Of a stretch of DNA of 64,000 bases, positions 1 to 10,002 are shown piece after piece. Position 1 is the stretch's first letter; every line of letters begins with the position of its first letter. The DNA lies in NCBI GenBank assembly GCA_965216295.1, contig OZ244141.1, positions 429,772-493,771 on the forward strand, in the 5' to 3' direction. The notes beneath the pieces were generated by a model. That model worked only from the letters and a program-made list of their open reading frames with translations, was not told the origin of the DNA and made no database searches. The position numbers and the translations under genes were made by a program. Source of the stretch: Minisyncoccota bacterium. Its GTDB lineage: Bacteria > Patescibacteriota > Minisyncoccia > Phycocordibacterales > JABAAK01.

Positions 1-1509
1 TGTGCGTTCTTTTGTATCCGTATATTCATTGAGAAAACGAAGTTCACCGATAGCTTCGTAAGTACTTGTATCAACAAGCGGCAAGTAGTTTCCAATCTCT
101 TTCATCTGAGCAACAACAAATTCTGGTATGGGTATGCTTTCTTTTTTAAGAAAGTTTCGTGCCACACACACTGTCTCCTGAAGTTTTTCTTTACCATATA
201 GAGCCATTCGTTTTGGAGGTTTCACAGAGATGGTGGTACCACGATGAATCCGCTCTTGAAAATCTCCAAGAGAACGCTCTACCGCATCACGACTAATATC
301 ACAAAACGAAGCCACCGAAGAGATAGCACCATCTCGGGAAAGCGTATCAGACATACCTGCCACAATTGATAACACGTTTTCTTTCACAGCACGAATTCTA
401 TCCTGATCTTTCTTTGGATACTTTTTTGCAACATCATGGAGAAGAAAATCAATAATGTGAGTTGCCTCTTTAACACTACGCTTCCATATTTCTTCATCAC
501 GAACGATAACCTCTGCTGGGTCTTCTCCTTTCGGTAATGTTACTAACTTCACATCCATACCAAGACGCAAAGCGATTGTTGCGGTTCGTATGGCAGCACG
601 TAATCCGGCTTCATCTTGATCAAACGCAAGGAGTATTTTATTAGAAAACTGCTTGAGTAGACGAATGTGCTGTTCAGTGACTGCAGTTCCCGATACCGCA
701 ACAGCAACAGGAAAACCCATTTGGTGCGATAGTATAACATCAGTAGGACCTTCTACAAGAATGGAAAAACCGTGCCGGCGTATATGTTTTTTAGCAAAGT
801 AGAGTCCGTACAAATATTTCGACTTATGAAACACGGATGTCTCTGGTGTGTTGATATATTTTGGTTCATCACTATTTCCCTCTTGCACCTTCCTACCAGA
901 AAAACCGACAATACGACCATCGATGTCATGAAATGGAAAGATAATACGCCCACGAAACCTATCATATATGCCACGAGTATTAGTAGCACACAACCCAGCT
1001 TGTTCAACAGCCACCTTCGACTTTCTCCCTAACGTTCCAGAAATGGTATCCCACACAGAAGGAGCAAAACCTATTTCCCACACTGCAATAGTCTCAAGAC
1101 GTAATCCACGATTAAGAAGAAGTTTTTTTTCTTTGTCGGTAAGAAGAGATTGATATGTACTCTTTGCCTGTATTAAGGTGTCATATATTGTTTGCCATGT
1201 ACCACTCTGTACTTTTTTATATTTTGAAAGATCGATACCAGCCTTCTCAGCGAGCAGTTGAAAACTTTCTTTAAAATCTATTCCCTCAACTTCCTGAATG
1301 AATGTAAAAATATCACCACCCTTTTGAGAGGAAAAACAGTAAAAGACACCTTTATCTGGTGAAACAAAGAATGATGGTGTTTTCTCGTTGGTAAATGGTG
1401 ACTTCCCTTTCAAACTATTCCCTGAAGATTGCAAGGCAACATAGGGAGAGACGACATCAACGATACTGACCCGTTCTTTAATGACTTCCTTGATGGCACG
1501 ATAATCCAT
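1..1509 (-). CDS. dnaG: DNA primase DnaG (C-terminal end runs off window at pos 1)
   Basis: Minus-strand frame from ATG at 1509-1507. N-terminus MDYRAIKEVIKERVSIVDVV...GKSPFTNEKTPSFFVSPDKGVFYCFSSQKGGDIFTFIQEVEG matches the primase zinc-ribbon. Mid-region EGPTDVILSHQMGFPVAVAVSGTAVTEQHIRLL...AFDQDEAG matches TOPRIM (EGxxD, DxD). Absent from the ORF track because no stop codon falls inside the window. Confidence 0.8.
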   Translation of the reverse strand, partial: MDYRAIKEVIKERVSIVDVVSPYVALQSSGNSLKGKSPFTNEKTPSFFVSPDKGVFYCFSSQKGGDIFTFIQEVEGIDFKESFQLLAEKAGIDLSKYKKVQSGTWQTIYDTLIQAKSTYQSLLTDKEKKLLLNRGLRLETIAVWEIGFAPSVWDTISGTLGRKSKVAVEQAGLCATNTRGIYDRFRGRIIFPFHDIDGRIVGFSGRKVQEGNSDEPKYINTPETSVFHKSKYLYGLYFAKKHIRRHGFSILVEGPTDVILSHQMGFPVAVAVSGTAVTEQHIRLLKQFSNKILLAFDQDEAGLRAAIRTATIALRLGMDVKLVTLPKGEDPAEVIVRDEEIWKRSVKEATHIIDFLLHDVAKKYPKKDQDRIRAVKENVLSIVAGMSDTLSRDGAISSVASFCDISRDAVERSLGDFQERIHRGTTISVKPPKRMALYGKEKLQETVCVARNFLKKESIPIPEFVVAQMKEIGNYLPLVDTSTYEAIGELRFLNEYTDTKERT

Positions 1510-1565
1510 ACTCCAATAGTACTCTAACGCCAATAACTAAGCCAACTCATCCACAAAGTCGCTCC

Positions 1566-4500
1566 TTATTCGTTCATCCCCTGTTTTTTCTCTAATGATG
1601 CTTCTTTTGCCTTATTCTCTAGTATTTTTTCTCGTATTCCTGCACGAAGTATTTCCATCCGTTCATATTTCTTACTCCCCTTAAATGCACTCCCGATAGG
1701 GACAAGACGACCTAAGATAACATTTTCCTTCAAACCGTCAAGCGTATCACTAGCACCATTAAGTGCTGAGCGTATCAAAACATTCGTTGTGTTTTGGAAT
1801 GATGCCGCAGAAAGGAAGTTGCTTCTCGTTGTAGAAACATTCACTAATCCAGTTACCCGTGGCTCTGCTTTGATAGGATTTTTGCCTTGATTTTCTAATT
1901 TCTCATTGATTGTGAGAAGTTCACTCATTTCAATAATTTCACCTTCAGTAAATGGAGCATCTCCAGGATCTTTGATAATAAAGCGGCTAAACATTTGCCG
2001 AATAATGACTTCAAAGTGTACTGGTGCAATATCAACTCCCTGCAATTCATACACCTTATTCACTTCAGCAAAAATATACTCTTGAACAAATTCTTTGTTT
2101 GTATAGATAAGCAATTTATCAAGATCTGCAGAACCATCGGTAAGGAATTGACCTTTCTTGACGTCTTGCCCTTTTGAAACAATGAGGTATCGATTCTTTG
2201 GGATAAAGTAAGTGGTGTCACGAAGTGGTGTTTTCTTTCCATCGACAGGAATAATAGAAAGCATGTTGCCATCACCTGGTTGTTTTTCAACTTCTCCGAT
2301 AGTACCGTCAATATGTGAAACAATAGCCATCGCTTTAGGAATCTGTTTATCAAAAATCTCTTGAATACGTGGTAGTCCAGCAGTAATATCACCACCAACA
2401 GCAGCAACACCACCAGCGTGGAATGTACGCATAGTAAGCTGCGTTCCTGGTTCACCAATTGACTGTGCCGCAATACAACCAGCTGGCTCACCAATGTCAG
2501 TTAGTGTATCGGTCGCCTTATCATCACCGTAGCATTTGATACACACACCACGAGCAAATCGACATGTAACAGGAGAACGAAGCTTCACGATTTCAATAGT
2601 CTCATCATCTTCAATTTGTTTTGCTTCAGCATGATCAATATACTGATTCTTTTTCACAATAACTCCCTTGTGACCAACAATCTCAGTTGCAGCAAAACGA
2701 CCTTTGACTCGTTGTGCAAATGAAAGCGTTACTCCTGATGGCGTTTTACGGAATAATTGAAAACCTCGAGTTGTTCCACAATCTAATCCTTCAATCACCA
2801 CTTCTTGCGCAACATCAAAGAGTCGTCGTGACAAGTACCCCGCATCAGCAGTTTTCAGTGCCGTATCACTCAATCCTTTACGAGCACCGTACGAGAAGTT
2901 GAAGTATTGGATAGGGTGCAGCCCCCCTTTAATTGATGAAGTAATCGCCTCTTCAACTGGATCACCTTTTGCGGAGTCAACGATACCCAACATACCAACC
3001 AATTTACTCAATGTATTAACGTCACCACGAGCACCAGAGAAAATCATATCACCGATAGGAGAATCATTTGGAATTGCTTCTTTCACCAACACATCAATTT
3101 CACTTTTAATCTGTTGCCATATTTCAATATTTTTACGCTTCCTTTCATCACTAGAGAGCAATCCTTGGTTGTACTGTTCATGTACCTTTTTCGTTTCTTG
3201 GAAACCATACTGAATTCTATCCTTAGCACTCTCTGGAACGAGAAGATCACTCCAGGAAAATGTTGTTCCAGAATCAGTTGCGAAACGGAAACCGAATTGT
3301 TTGATAGCATCAAAATAGATGGTCACCTCATCAAGATTATACTTCTTGACAATCGTCTTGGTAAGATTTTTGAGAGCACTATTAGTCATCTGCTCATTGA
3401 TAAAGGGCATGTCTTTCGGTAGTTTATTGTTAAAGAGAAGACGACCTACCGTTGTTCTCATTTTTTTACCTGCATATGAACCATATTTTGCTTTTTCAGA
3501 AGCAAGGATGATGATGGGAGTACGAATTGTTACCACACCATAGTCATACGCGGTCACTGCTTCATTGATAGAAGTAAAGTAAGGAACGTGCTCACTATCA
3601 GTTTTCTCCTCTGCCGTTGCCCAATAACATCCAAGCACCACATCGTGCTTTGTTGGAGAAACATTAATCTCACCAGAACCAGGTTTAATGATATTCTTTT
3701 TGGATATCATAAATTCACGTGCTTCCATTTGTGCCTCTTCAGAGAGTGGTACATGCACTGCCATCTGGTCACCATCAAAGTCAGCGTTATACGCTTCACA
3801 AACAAGAGGATGTAATTCAATAGCCTTTCCTTCAACCAAAGTTGGTTTGAATGCTTGAATACCTTGGCGGTGAAGTGTTGGCTGACGATTCAAGAGAACG
3901 TACCGATTTTGTATAACTTTCTCAAGTATTTCCCAGACAACATCATTTCTGTCATCAATAATACGGGTGGCGCCACGAATGTTGTGTGCCAACTCTCGTT
4001 CTAAAATCTGAGCGATGATGAACGGACGGAATAACTCTAACGCCATTTCCTTTGGCAATCCACACTCATCAAGCTTTAAGCTTGGGCCAACAACAATCAC
4101 TGAACGACCAGAATAGTCAACACGCTTACCAAGTAAGTTTGCACGGAAGTATCCTTGCTTCCCGCCAAGGTATTCAGAAATTGATTTTAATTGGCGTGAT
4201 TGATTCCTATTAAAACTATTCGCTGTGTTATACCGAATTGAGTTATCAAGCAGTGCATCAACTGACTCTTGCACAAGTCGTTTCTGTGTATCGATAAATA
4301 TTTTTGGTGCTTTGTTCTGTATGAAATTTTTCAAACGTGTGTTTCTAATAATAACAAGACGATACAAGTCATTGACATCTGAACTTGCGTACCGACCTCC
4401 TTCAAGTGACACCAACGGACGAATACCAGGAGGGATAACAGGAAGATGGTTCAGAAACATCCACTCTGGCTGATTACCTGACTGGATAAATGATCGAACA

Positions 4501-5270
4501 AGGACGAGACGTTTCTTTAATTTGTCTGACTGAGCAACGGTTGCTGTTTCAATATGTTTTTCCAAACTCTTCTCTAATTTTTTTAAATCAAGCTTTTTGA
4601 CAGCGTTGTACACTACTTCAGCTCCCTTCTCTGCTGTGAACAATTGAGGAAATTTCTTTGTAAGTATGTAGTACGTTGCCTCATCGATAATACTTCCTTC
4701 ATTAATTGAAGAAAGATGTTTCACTTGACTACGATAAGTACTTTGCAACATTTGTTGTGTTTCTTTTCGTTCTGCTTTTTTCAATTTCTCATCAATCTCT
4801 CCTTTCAGTTGTTTTTCATATACTTTTCTTTGTGCTTCATCAACACTAATCACCAAGTAAGCGGCGTAGTAGACAACTTTTTGCAATGCCTGTGCAGGCA
4901 ATCCCAACAACTGTGCGATACGAGATGGTGTTTTGCGAAGATACCACACATGCGTTACTGGTGTTGCTAGTGATATGTGTCCCATCCGCTCGCGACGAAC
5001 AACCGATCGAGTTATTTCCACCTCACACTTATCACACGTAATTCCCTGATACTGAATCCCTTTGTACTTCCCACAACTACATTGAAAGTCCTGTTCTGGT
5101 CCAAAAATACGTTCACAGAATAATCCGTGACGTTCTGGCTTTTGTGTACGATAATTGATTGTTTCTGGTTTCTGCACCTCACCTTCAGACCATGAGAGAA
5201 CATCATCCGGAGAAGCAAGTGTGAGCTTCATTGAATCAAATCGGTTTGTTTTTTTAATTGTTTTACGCAT
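1566..5270 (-). CDS. rpoC: DNA-directed RNA polymerase subunit beta'
   Basis: 1234-aa ORF with a zinc-binding CxxC N-terminus. The NADFDGD catalytic motif is present (AYNADFDGDQMAVHVP). Lies directly downstream of rpoB. Confidence 0.95.
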   Translation of the reverse strand: MRKTIKKTNRFDSMKLTLASPDDVLSWSEGEVQKPETINYRTQKPERHGLFCERIFGPEQDFQCSCGKYKGIQYQGITCDKCEVEITRSVVRRERMGHISLATPVTHVWYLRKTPSRIAQLLGLPAQALQKVVYYAAYLVISVDEAQRKVYEKQLKGEIDEKLKKAERKETQQMLQSTYRSQVKHLSSINEGSIIDEATYYILTKKFPQLFTAEKGAEVVYNAVKKLDLKKLEKSLEKHIETATVAQSDKLKKRLVLVRSFIQSGNQPEWMFLNHLPVIPPGIRPLVSLEGGRYASSDVNDLYRLVIIRNTRLKNFIQNKAPKIFIDTQKRLVQESVDALLDNSIRYNTANSFNRNQSRQLKSISEYLGGKQGYFRANLLGKRVDYSGRSVIVVGPSLKLDECGLPKEMALELFRPFIIAQILERELAHNIRGATRIIDDRNDVVWEILEKVIQNRYVLLNRQPTLHRQGIQAFKPTLVEGKAIELHPLVCEAYNADFDGDQMAVHVPLSEEAQMEAREFMISKKNIIKPGSGEINVSPTKHDVVLGCYWATAEEKTDSEHVPYFTSINEAVTAYDYGVVTIRTPIIILASEKAKYGSYAGKKMRTTVGRLLFNNKLPKDMPFINEQMTNSALKNLTKTIVKKYNLDEVTIYFDAIKQFGFRFATDSGTTFSWSDLLVPESAKDRIQYGFQETKKVHEQYNQGLLSSDERKRKNIEIWQQIKSEIDVLVKEAIPNDSPIGDMIFSGARGDVNTLSKLVGMLGIVDSAKGDPVEEAITSSIKGGLHPIQYFNFSYGARKGLSDTALKTADAGYLSRRLFDVAQEVVIEGLDCGTTRGFQLFRKTPSGVTLSFAQRVKGRFAATEIVGHKGVIVKKNQYIDHAEAKQIEDDETIEIVKLRSPVTCRFARGVCIKCYGDDKATDTLTDIGEPAGCIAAQSIGEPGTQLTMRTFHAGGVAAVGGDITAGLPRIQEIFDKQIPKAMAIVSHIDGTIGEVEKQPGDGNMLSIIPVDGKKTPLRDTTYFIPKNRYLIVSKGQDVKKGQFLTDGSADLDKLLIYTNKEFVQEYIFAEVNKVYELQGVDIAPVHFEVIIRQMFSRFIIKDPGDAPFTEGEIIEMSELLTINEKLENQGKNPIKAEPRVTGLVNVSTTRSNFLSAASFQNTTNVLIRSALNGASDTLDGLKENVILGRLVPIGSAFKGSKKYERMEILRAGIREKILENKAKEASLEKKQGMNE

Positions 5271-5276
5271 AATGAA

Positions 5277-8200
5277 TTATTCTTCTTCTTTTTCCGAATC
5301 AACGAACTGTGCATCCAACCCCAAACCACGCAAGTAGTACAGCAATACGTTAAAAGATGCAGGAATACCTGATTGGGTAATCGGTTCACCACGGATAATA
5401 GCGTTGTACGCTGAAGACCTTCCATTAATATCATCCGATTTTATGGTGAGCATTTCACGAAGTGTGTATGCAGCACCATGACCCAACAGCGCCCACACTT
5501 CCATTTCCCCCATTCTCTGGCCACCACGACGTGAACGACCACCGAGCGGTTGTTGGGAAACTAATGAGTATGGTCCGATAGAACGCATGTGAATTTTGTC
5601 ATCCACCATGTGTTCAAGTTTCATGATATACATCCATCCAATAGCAATTGGTGCATTAAACGCCTGTCCAGTCTTGCCGTCATAGAGGGTAATTTTACCA
5701 GTCTTTGGAAATCCTGCTTTCTCCATTTCACCGCGCAACTCCTCTTCGCTAATTGAGGTAAATGGTGGTATCACTGCCTGATAGTTCAACGATTCTGCAA
5801 CTAACCCAAGGTGAAGTTCTAAAATCTGACCAAGGTTCTGACGAGACGGAACTCCTAGAGGAGTGAGTAACACATCAAGTGGTTCACCATTCTCATCGAA
5901 TGGCATATCCTCCACGGGCAACACTCTTGAAATAACCCCTTTATTTCCATGCCGATTTGCCAACTTATCACCTTCTTGTATCACACGAAGAACAGCAATG
6001 GTGATGCGTACTTGCTTGATAACACCTGAATCAAGAGTATAACCATCTTCACGATTACGAATCTGAACACTAATAACTCTTCCCGTCTTACCAGCAGGCA
6101 GGGTGAGTGATGTATCCTTCATGTCTTTTGCTTTGTCACCAAAGATAGATTGCAGTAACCGCTCTTCTGCTGAGAGATGGGTTTCGCCACGAGGAGTCAC
6201 TTTACCAACTAAAATATCTCCTGGGTAAACATCAGAGCCAACACGAGCAATACCATCCGGATCAAGGTTACGAAGACGATATTCAGAGACGTTAGGGATG
6301 TCTGCGGTTGATACCTCTGGACCAATCTTGGTCTCCCGAACATCAACAGAAAACTCTTCAGCTTCAATGCTCGTCAAAGTATCATTCTCAATCAATCGTC
6401 GAGATATGACAATTGCGTCTTCGTAGTTTGCTCCCTCATTACAAATGAACCCAACACGCAGGTTTTTTCCCAAAGCAATTTGCCCATCATCAGTCGAAGC
6501 GGTATTTGCAAGAATGTCTCCCTTCTTTACTTTTTGTCCAAGTCGAACGCTTGGTCTCTGGTGTGTAGAAAATGTTTTTGCATTAGTGAGTACAAACAAT
6601 TGCAACTTGTACTGCTTCTTTCCTTGATCGGTTTTCAGCGTTATCTGTGTAGCGTCAATAGAAACGACTTCCCCTGCTTCTTCAGCGATTAACATTCTAC
6701 CGCTTGCTCGTGCAAATAATTCTTCATACCCCGTTGCTACCAATGGTGCTTCTGGATAAAGGCATGGAACTGCTTGTCGTTGTATGTTTGAACCGAATGC
6801 TGCTCGAGCAGGTATGTTATTTAAAATAAAAGGTATGAGAGTGGTAGATGCAGAGAGCATTTGTCCTGATGCAACATCAACATATGAAACATTCTCTGGG
6901 GTGACATGTTTAAAAACACCCTTATGACGAACGGGTACCTGAGGTGTCGTGATAGCTCCTTTCTCATCAACCTCTATTGTTGCGGGAGCGACATAACACA
7001 CCTCTTCCTGATCAGCAGTGAGATAGTCTACCTTGTCGGTCAACACACCGTTAACAACTTTGCGGTATGGTACCTCTAAAAGCCCGTATTCATTGAATCG
7101 TGCGTAGAGTGACATGTGCAACACGAGACCAATGTTTGCTCCCTCTGATGAGTGAACAGGACAAATCCTACCATAGTGAGAAGGATGAATATCTCGCACA
7201 GCAATACCAGCATGTTCACGCATGAGACCACCACGACCCAAGGCTGAGAGCGTTCGGACATGCTCTATCTCATCCAGTATGTTGTGTTGCTTTAATGTTT
7301 GTGAAAGTTGGTTGGTACTAAAGAAGCTCTGTACCGTTGTTTTAAAGATTCTCAAATTGAGAATATCAGTTGGATTCTGCAACATAGTGGGATCAGTCGT
7401 GACCATCCTATCTTTTGTATTCTTTCGCATACGAACAACACCAGTTCGTACGTGTTCTCGGATAAGTTCACCAACTGGTCGAACTCGTCTCGTTGTTAAA
7501 TTATCAATATCATCTTCAACAGCACCAGGATCATTATTGAGACGCACAATTTCTTTAACAATACAGACAATATCTTCCAAGGTAAGATGTCTTTCCTGCA
7601 GTGACTTTGCATCAAGAGAACGGTTGAATCGTCGGTTCAAGTTAACACGCCCCATTTGAGATAAATCATACCATTGTGGTGAAAATTTACCCTCAATCAC
7701 CTCCTTTGCTTTAAGAGTATTAATTGGTTCACCACTTCGAACAGTGCGATATATATTTAACCAAACATCATCCATCACTTGCGCTTCATCAATAGCGAAT
7801 GTATCTTTAATGGCTTGCAGTGCCTTGTCGTCATCTTCAAAAAGTCGAAGTACTTCAGCTTGGGTTTGTGGTCCAAATGCTCGTATAAAAGTAGTAACGG
7901 GTAATTTTCGAACGCTTTGGTCAATACGCACAACTACCCTTCCGTTGAGATCACTTTCAAAAACAACCCAAACACCATGTCCTTTCATTGGACGCACCTC
8001 AGCACCAAAAGTTCCTTGTCCTTTCAAACGCATCTCTTGAAAGAAACGAACACCGTCTGCACGCACCAACTGTGAAACAATGACACGCTCAACGCCATTA
8101 ATGATAAAAGAACTGTGTGGTGTTATAATCGGTATATCCACAAAGAGTACCTCTTCTTCTTTCGTCGTCCCTGTCACCTTATTCACCAATCGTATTGTTG

Positions 8201-8513
8201 CCTTGAATGGTGCACTGTAATCAGTCAGTTGATGTTTTGCCTCTTTCGGCGTTAACGATGGTTCACCAATACTCCAAGAAACAAATTCAATTGAGAAACG
8301 TTCATTCGTATCAACGATGGGAAAAAATTCTTTAAATAGTTTTTCTAAACCTTTATGTAAAAAATCCTCATACGATTTCTGTTGGAAACCGATGAGGTCT
8401 GTTTTTGCAATAAATGGCTCTCGATACGATGCAAAAGTTTTCTTAGTGCGCATATACCTCTGTATAGATGTCCCCACCACCACACACGCTTCAGTAAGCG
8501 GACCAATAGCCAA
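5277..8513 (-). CDS. rpoB: DNA-directed RNA polymerase subunit beta
   Basis: 1078-aa ORF with typical beta-subunit blocks (GEMEVWALLGHGAAYTLREMLTIKSDD, RHGNKGVIS) and the rpoB-rpoC tandem arrangement. Confidence 0.95.
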   Translation of the reverse strand: MAIGPLTEACVVVGTSIQRYMRTKKTFASYREPFIAKTDLIGFQQKSYEDFLHKGLEKLFKEFFPIVDTNERFSIEFVSWSIGEPSLTPKEAKHQLTDYSAPFKATIRLVNKVTGTTKEEEVLFVDIPIITPHSSFIINGVERVIVSQLVRADGVRFFQEMRLKGQGTFGAEVRPMKGHGVWVVFESDLNGRVVVRIDQSVRKLPVTTFIRAFGPQTQAEVLRLFEDDDKALQAIKDTFAIDEAQVMDDVWLNIYRTVRSGEPINTLKAKEVIEGKFSPQWYDLSQMGRVNLNRRFNRSLDAKSLQERHLTLEDIVCIVKEIVRLNNDPGAVEDDIDNLTTRRVRPVGELIREHVRTGVVRMRKNTKDRMVTTDPTMLQNPTDILNLRIFKTTVQSFFSTNQLSQTLKQHNILDEIEHVRTLSALGRGGLMREHAGIAVRDIHPSHYGRICPVHSSEGANIGLVLHMSLYARFNEYGLLEVPYRKVVNGVLTDKVDYLTADQEEVCYVAPATIEVDEKGAITTPQVPVRHKGVFKHVTPENVSYVDVASGQMLSASTTLIPFILNNIPARAAFGSNIQRQAVPCLYPEAPLVATGYEELFARASGRMLIAEEAGEVVSIDATQITLKTDQGKKQYKLQLFVLTNAKTFSTHQRPSVRLGQKVKKGDILANTASTDDGQIALGKNLRVGFICNEGANYEDAIVISRRLIENDTLTSIEAEEFSVDVRETKIGPEVSTADIPNVSEYRLRNLDPDGIARVGSDVYPGDILVGKVTPRGETHLSAEERLLQSIFGDKAKDMKDTSLTLPAGKTGRVISVQIRNREDGYTLDSGVIKQVRITIAVLRVIQEGDKLANRHGNKGVISRVLPVEDMPFDENGEPLDVLLTPLGVPSRQNLGQILELHLGLVAESLNYQAVIPPFTSISEEELRGEMEKAGFPKTGKITLYDGKTGQAFNAPIAIGWMYIMKLEHMVDDKIHMRSIGPYSLVSQQPLGGRSRRGGQRMGEMEVWALLGHGAAYTLREMLTIKSDDINGRSSAYNAIIRGEPITQSGIPASFNVLLYYLRGLGLDAQFVDSEKEEE

Positions 8514-8583
8514 ATGTCACCTACGCAATGCAATGCAATAATACACAGATGTTGCCTTAGTTGTCAACTACCCAACGAAACAT

Positions 8584-9975
8584 TCACGGAGTGATTGACT
8601 CTTCGTCCGAAGATCCGTCACCACCTCTATCCTGCTTTTCTAAAGTAATTTTTGCTTTTGTTGATGGCATTGTTGATATCCAAAATGGGAAAATAGTAAT
8701 ATCATTGACTGTTACAACCTGTGGATACTGAGTTCGAATAATACTTCTCACCTCACCTTCCTTCTTACCAGAGATAGATTCTAAGAATGTTATATTATTG
8801 ATATCCCACAAAATAGTTGCCGATCCTGCAAGGGAGAAAGAAAATTGCTGTGATTTGGCAACATCAAAGTTATCCTCATTGCTACCAGAAATGGCGATAG
8901 TAAGTGTTTCTTCTGCTATTGAATCTGGTAAAATAGTATCACCAGAAGTGGTTGCGTATTTTTCTGTAACATACCGCGCAAGAAGTGTTGCAACATCTTT
9001 CTTTCTAAATTCAATAGCATACAAGGTTCCTCGTAAATTAAGAACAACCGCTGTATCAGTCTGTGTTTCCTCCAATTCTTCAAAAGTAATAAAGATACCA
9101 TCCTCAAAGACCACACGTTCAGTACCAAGTGTATTCGTCTTCAAAGCATCTTCAAGGCGAACCCGTAAAACCTGTTCTATCTCCTGCTGCAGTCTTTCGA
9201 TGGCACTTTCTCTTGCAGCTTCATTAGGAACAAGTATCTCACCAGAAAAACCGCCAGATATTTTTGTTTTCGTGAGTGCGTAAGAATTTGCATCTTCTTT
9301 GTACTTCGCTAATCCAGGTATACTCAACCGCTTCCCTATCTCGTTAATATCATACTGACTACCATTGCCCGGCGCACCGAGAGCATCAGCCTCAATATCG
9401 ACATCTTTGGTACCAGGACGAAACTCACCACCAACTGTCTTTCCACCAGGAACGGATTGTCGTGATGTTGTTCTGTAAATACGACCATCGGATGTTTTGA
9501 AGCGAGTTCTATTAACAAGATCAAGTGTTTCACCACTGGTGTTAGTGTTATAAACAGTGATGGTACCCGATGATTTTTCATGTCGTGTCTCGCGATTAAC
9601 ATCAGTAATTGTTGTCTCTTTATTAAAACGAATAGGGGCAGACACATGGTACGGCAAATCACCCATACGAGATGGTGCCAGCGTTGCCTCAAAGACAGTA
9701 CTGCTATCAACAGCGACAGTCGCTGATGCAAGTGTCACATTCACCCGTGCGCTTGAAAAAGTTGTACTCAATGCAACAACAATAATCACGACGACAATAA
9801 TGATAATACTGATGAGACGGTTTATTTTTCGACGTGCATGTTGATCTCTTCGATCTGGTCGTGGTGGTAAACCATTCGTATCATTACTTCGATTTCGACG
9901 AGTTGTACTACGAAGTCCTGTCCTCTCAATTGAGCGCAAGCCCCTTTTTGTATCTCCTTCTTTCCTATCTTGCAT
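8584..9975 (-). CDS. hypothetical protein with polybasic N-terminus and single TM anchor, extracytoplasmic domain
   Basis: 463-aa ORF. Arg-rich N-terminus is followed by IIIIVVVIIVVALSTTF as TM segment. No recognisable catalytic motif. Sits immediately upstream of rpoB. Confidence 0.45.
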   Translation of the reverse strand: MQDRKEGDTKRGLRSIERTGLRSTTRRNRSNDTNGLPPRPDRRDQHARRKINRLISIIIIVVVIIVVALSTTFSSARVNVTLASATVAVDSSTVFEATLAPSRMGDLPYHVSAPIRFNKETTITDVNRETRHEKSSGTITVYNTNTSGETLDLVNRTRFKTSDGRIYRTTSRQSVPGGKTVGGEFRPGTKDVDIEADALGAPGNGSQYDINEIGKRLSIPGLAKYKEDANSYALTKTKISGGFSGEILVPNEAARESAIERLQQEIEQVLRVRLEDALKTNTLGTERVVFEDGIFITFEELEETQTDTAVVLNLRGTLYAIEFRKKDVATLLARYVTEKYATTSGDTILPDSIAEETLTIAISGSNEDNFDVAKSQQFSFSLAGSATILWDINNITFLESISGKKEGEVRSIIRTQYPQVVTVNDITIFPFWISTMPSTKAKITLEKQDRGGDGSSDEESITP

Positions 9976-10002
9976 ACCTATCTACACCTTCACTATACAC
10001 CA

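Noticed and set aside
7222-9283. Plus-strand ORFs inside rpoB and the upstream hypothetical (for example 7222-7659, 8798-9283); likewise the many antisense ORFs inside rpoC, uvrA, uvrB, lysS and pheT
   Set aside because: These are shadow ORFs antisense to long, well-supported genes. Their translations are compositionally biased and carry no motifs.
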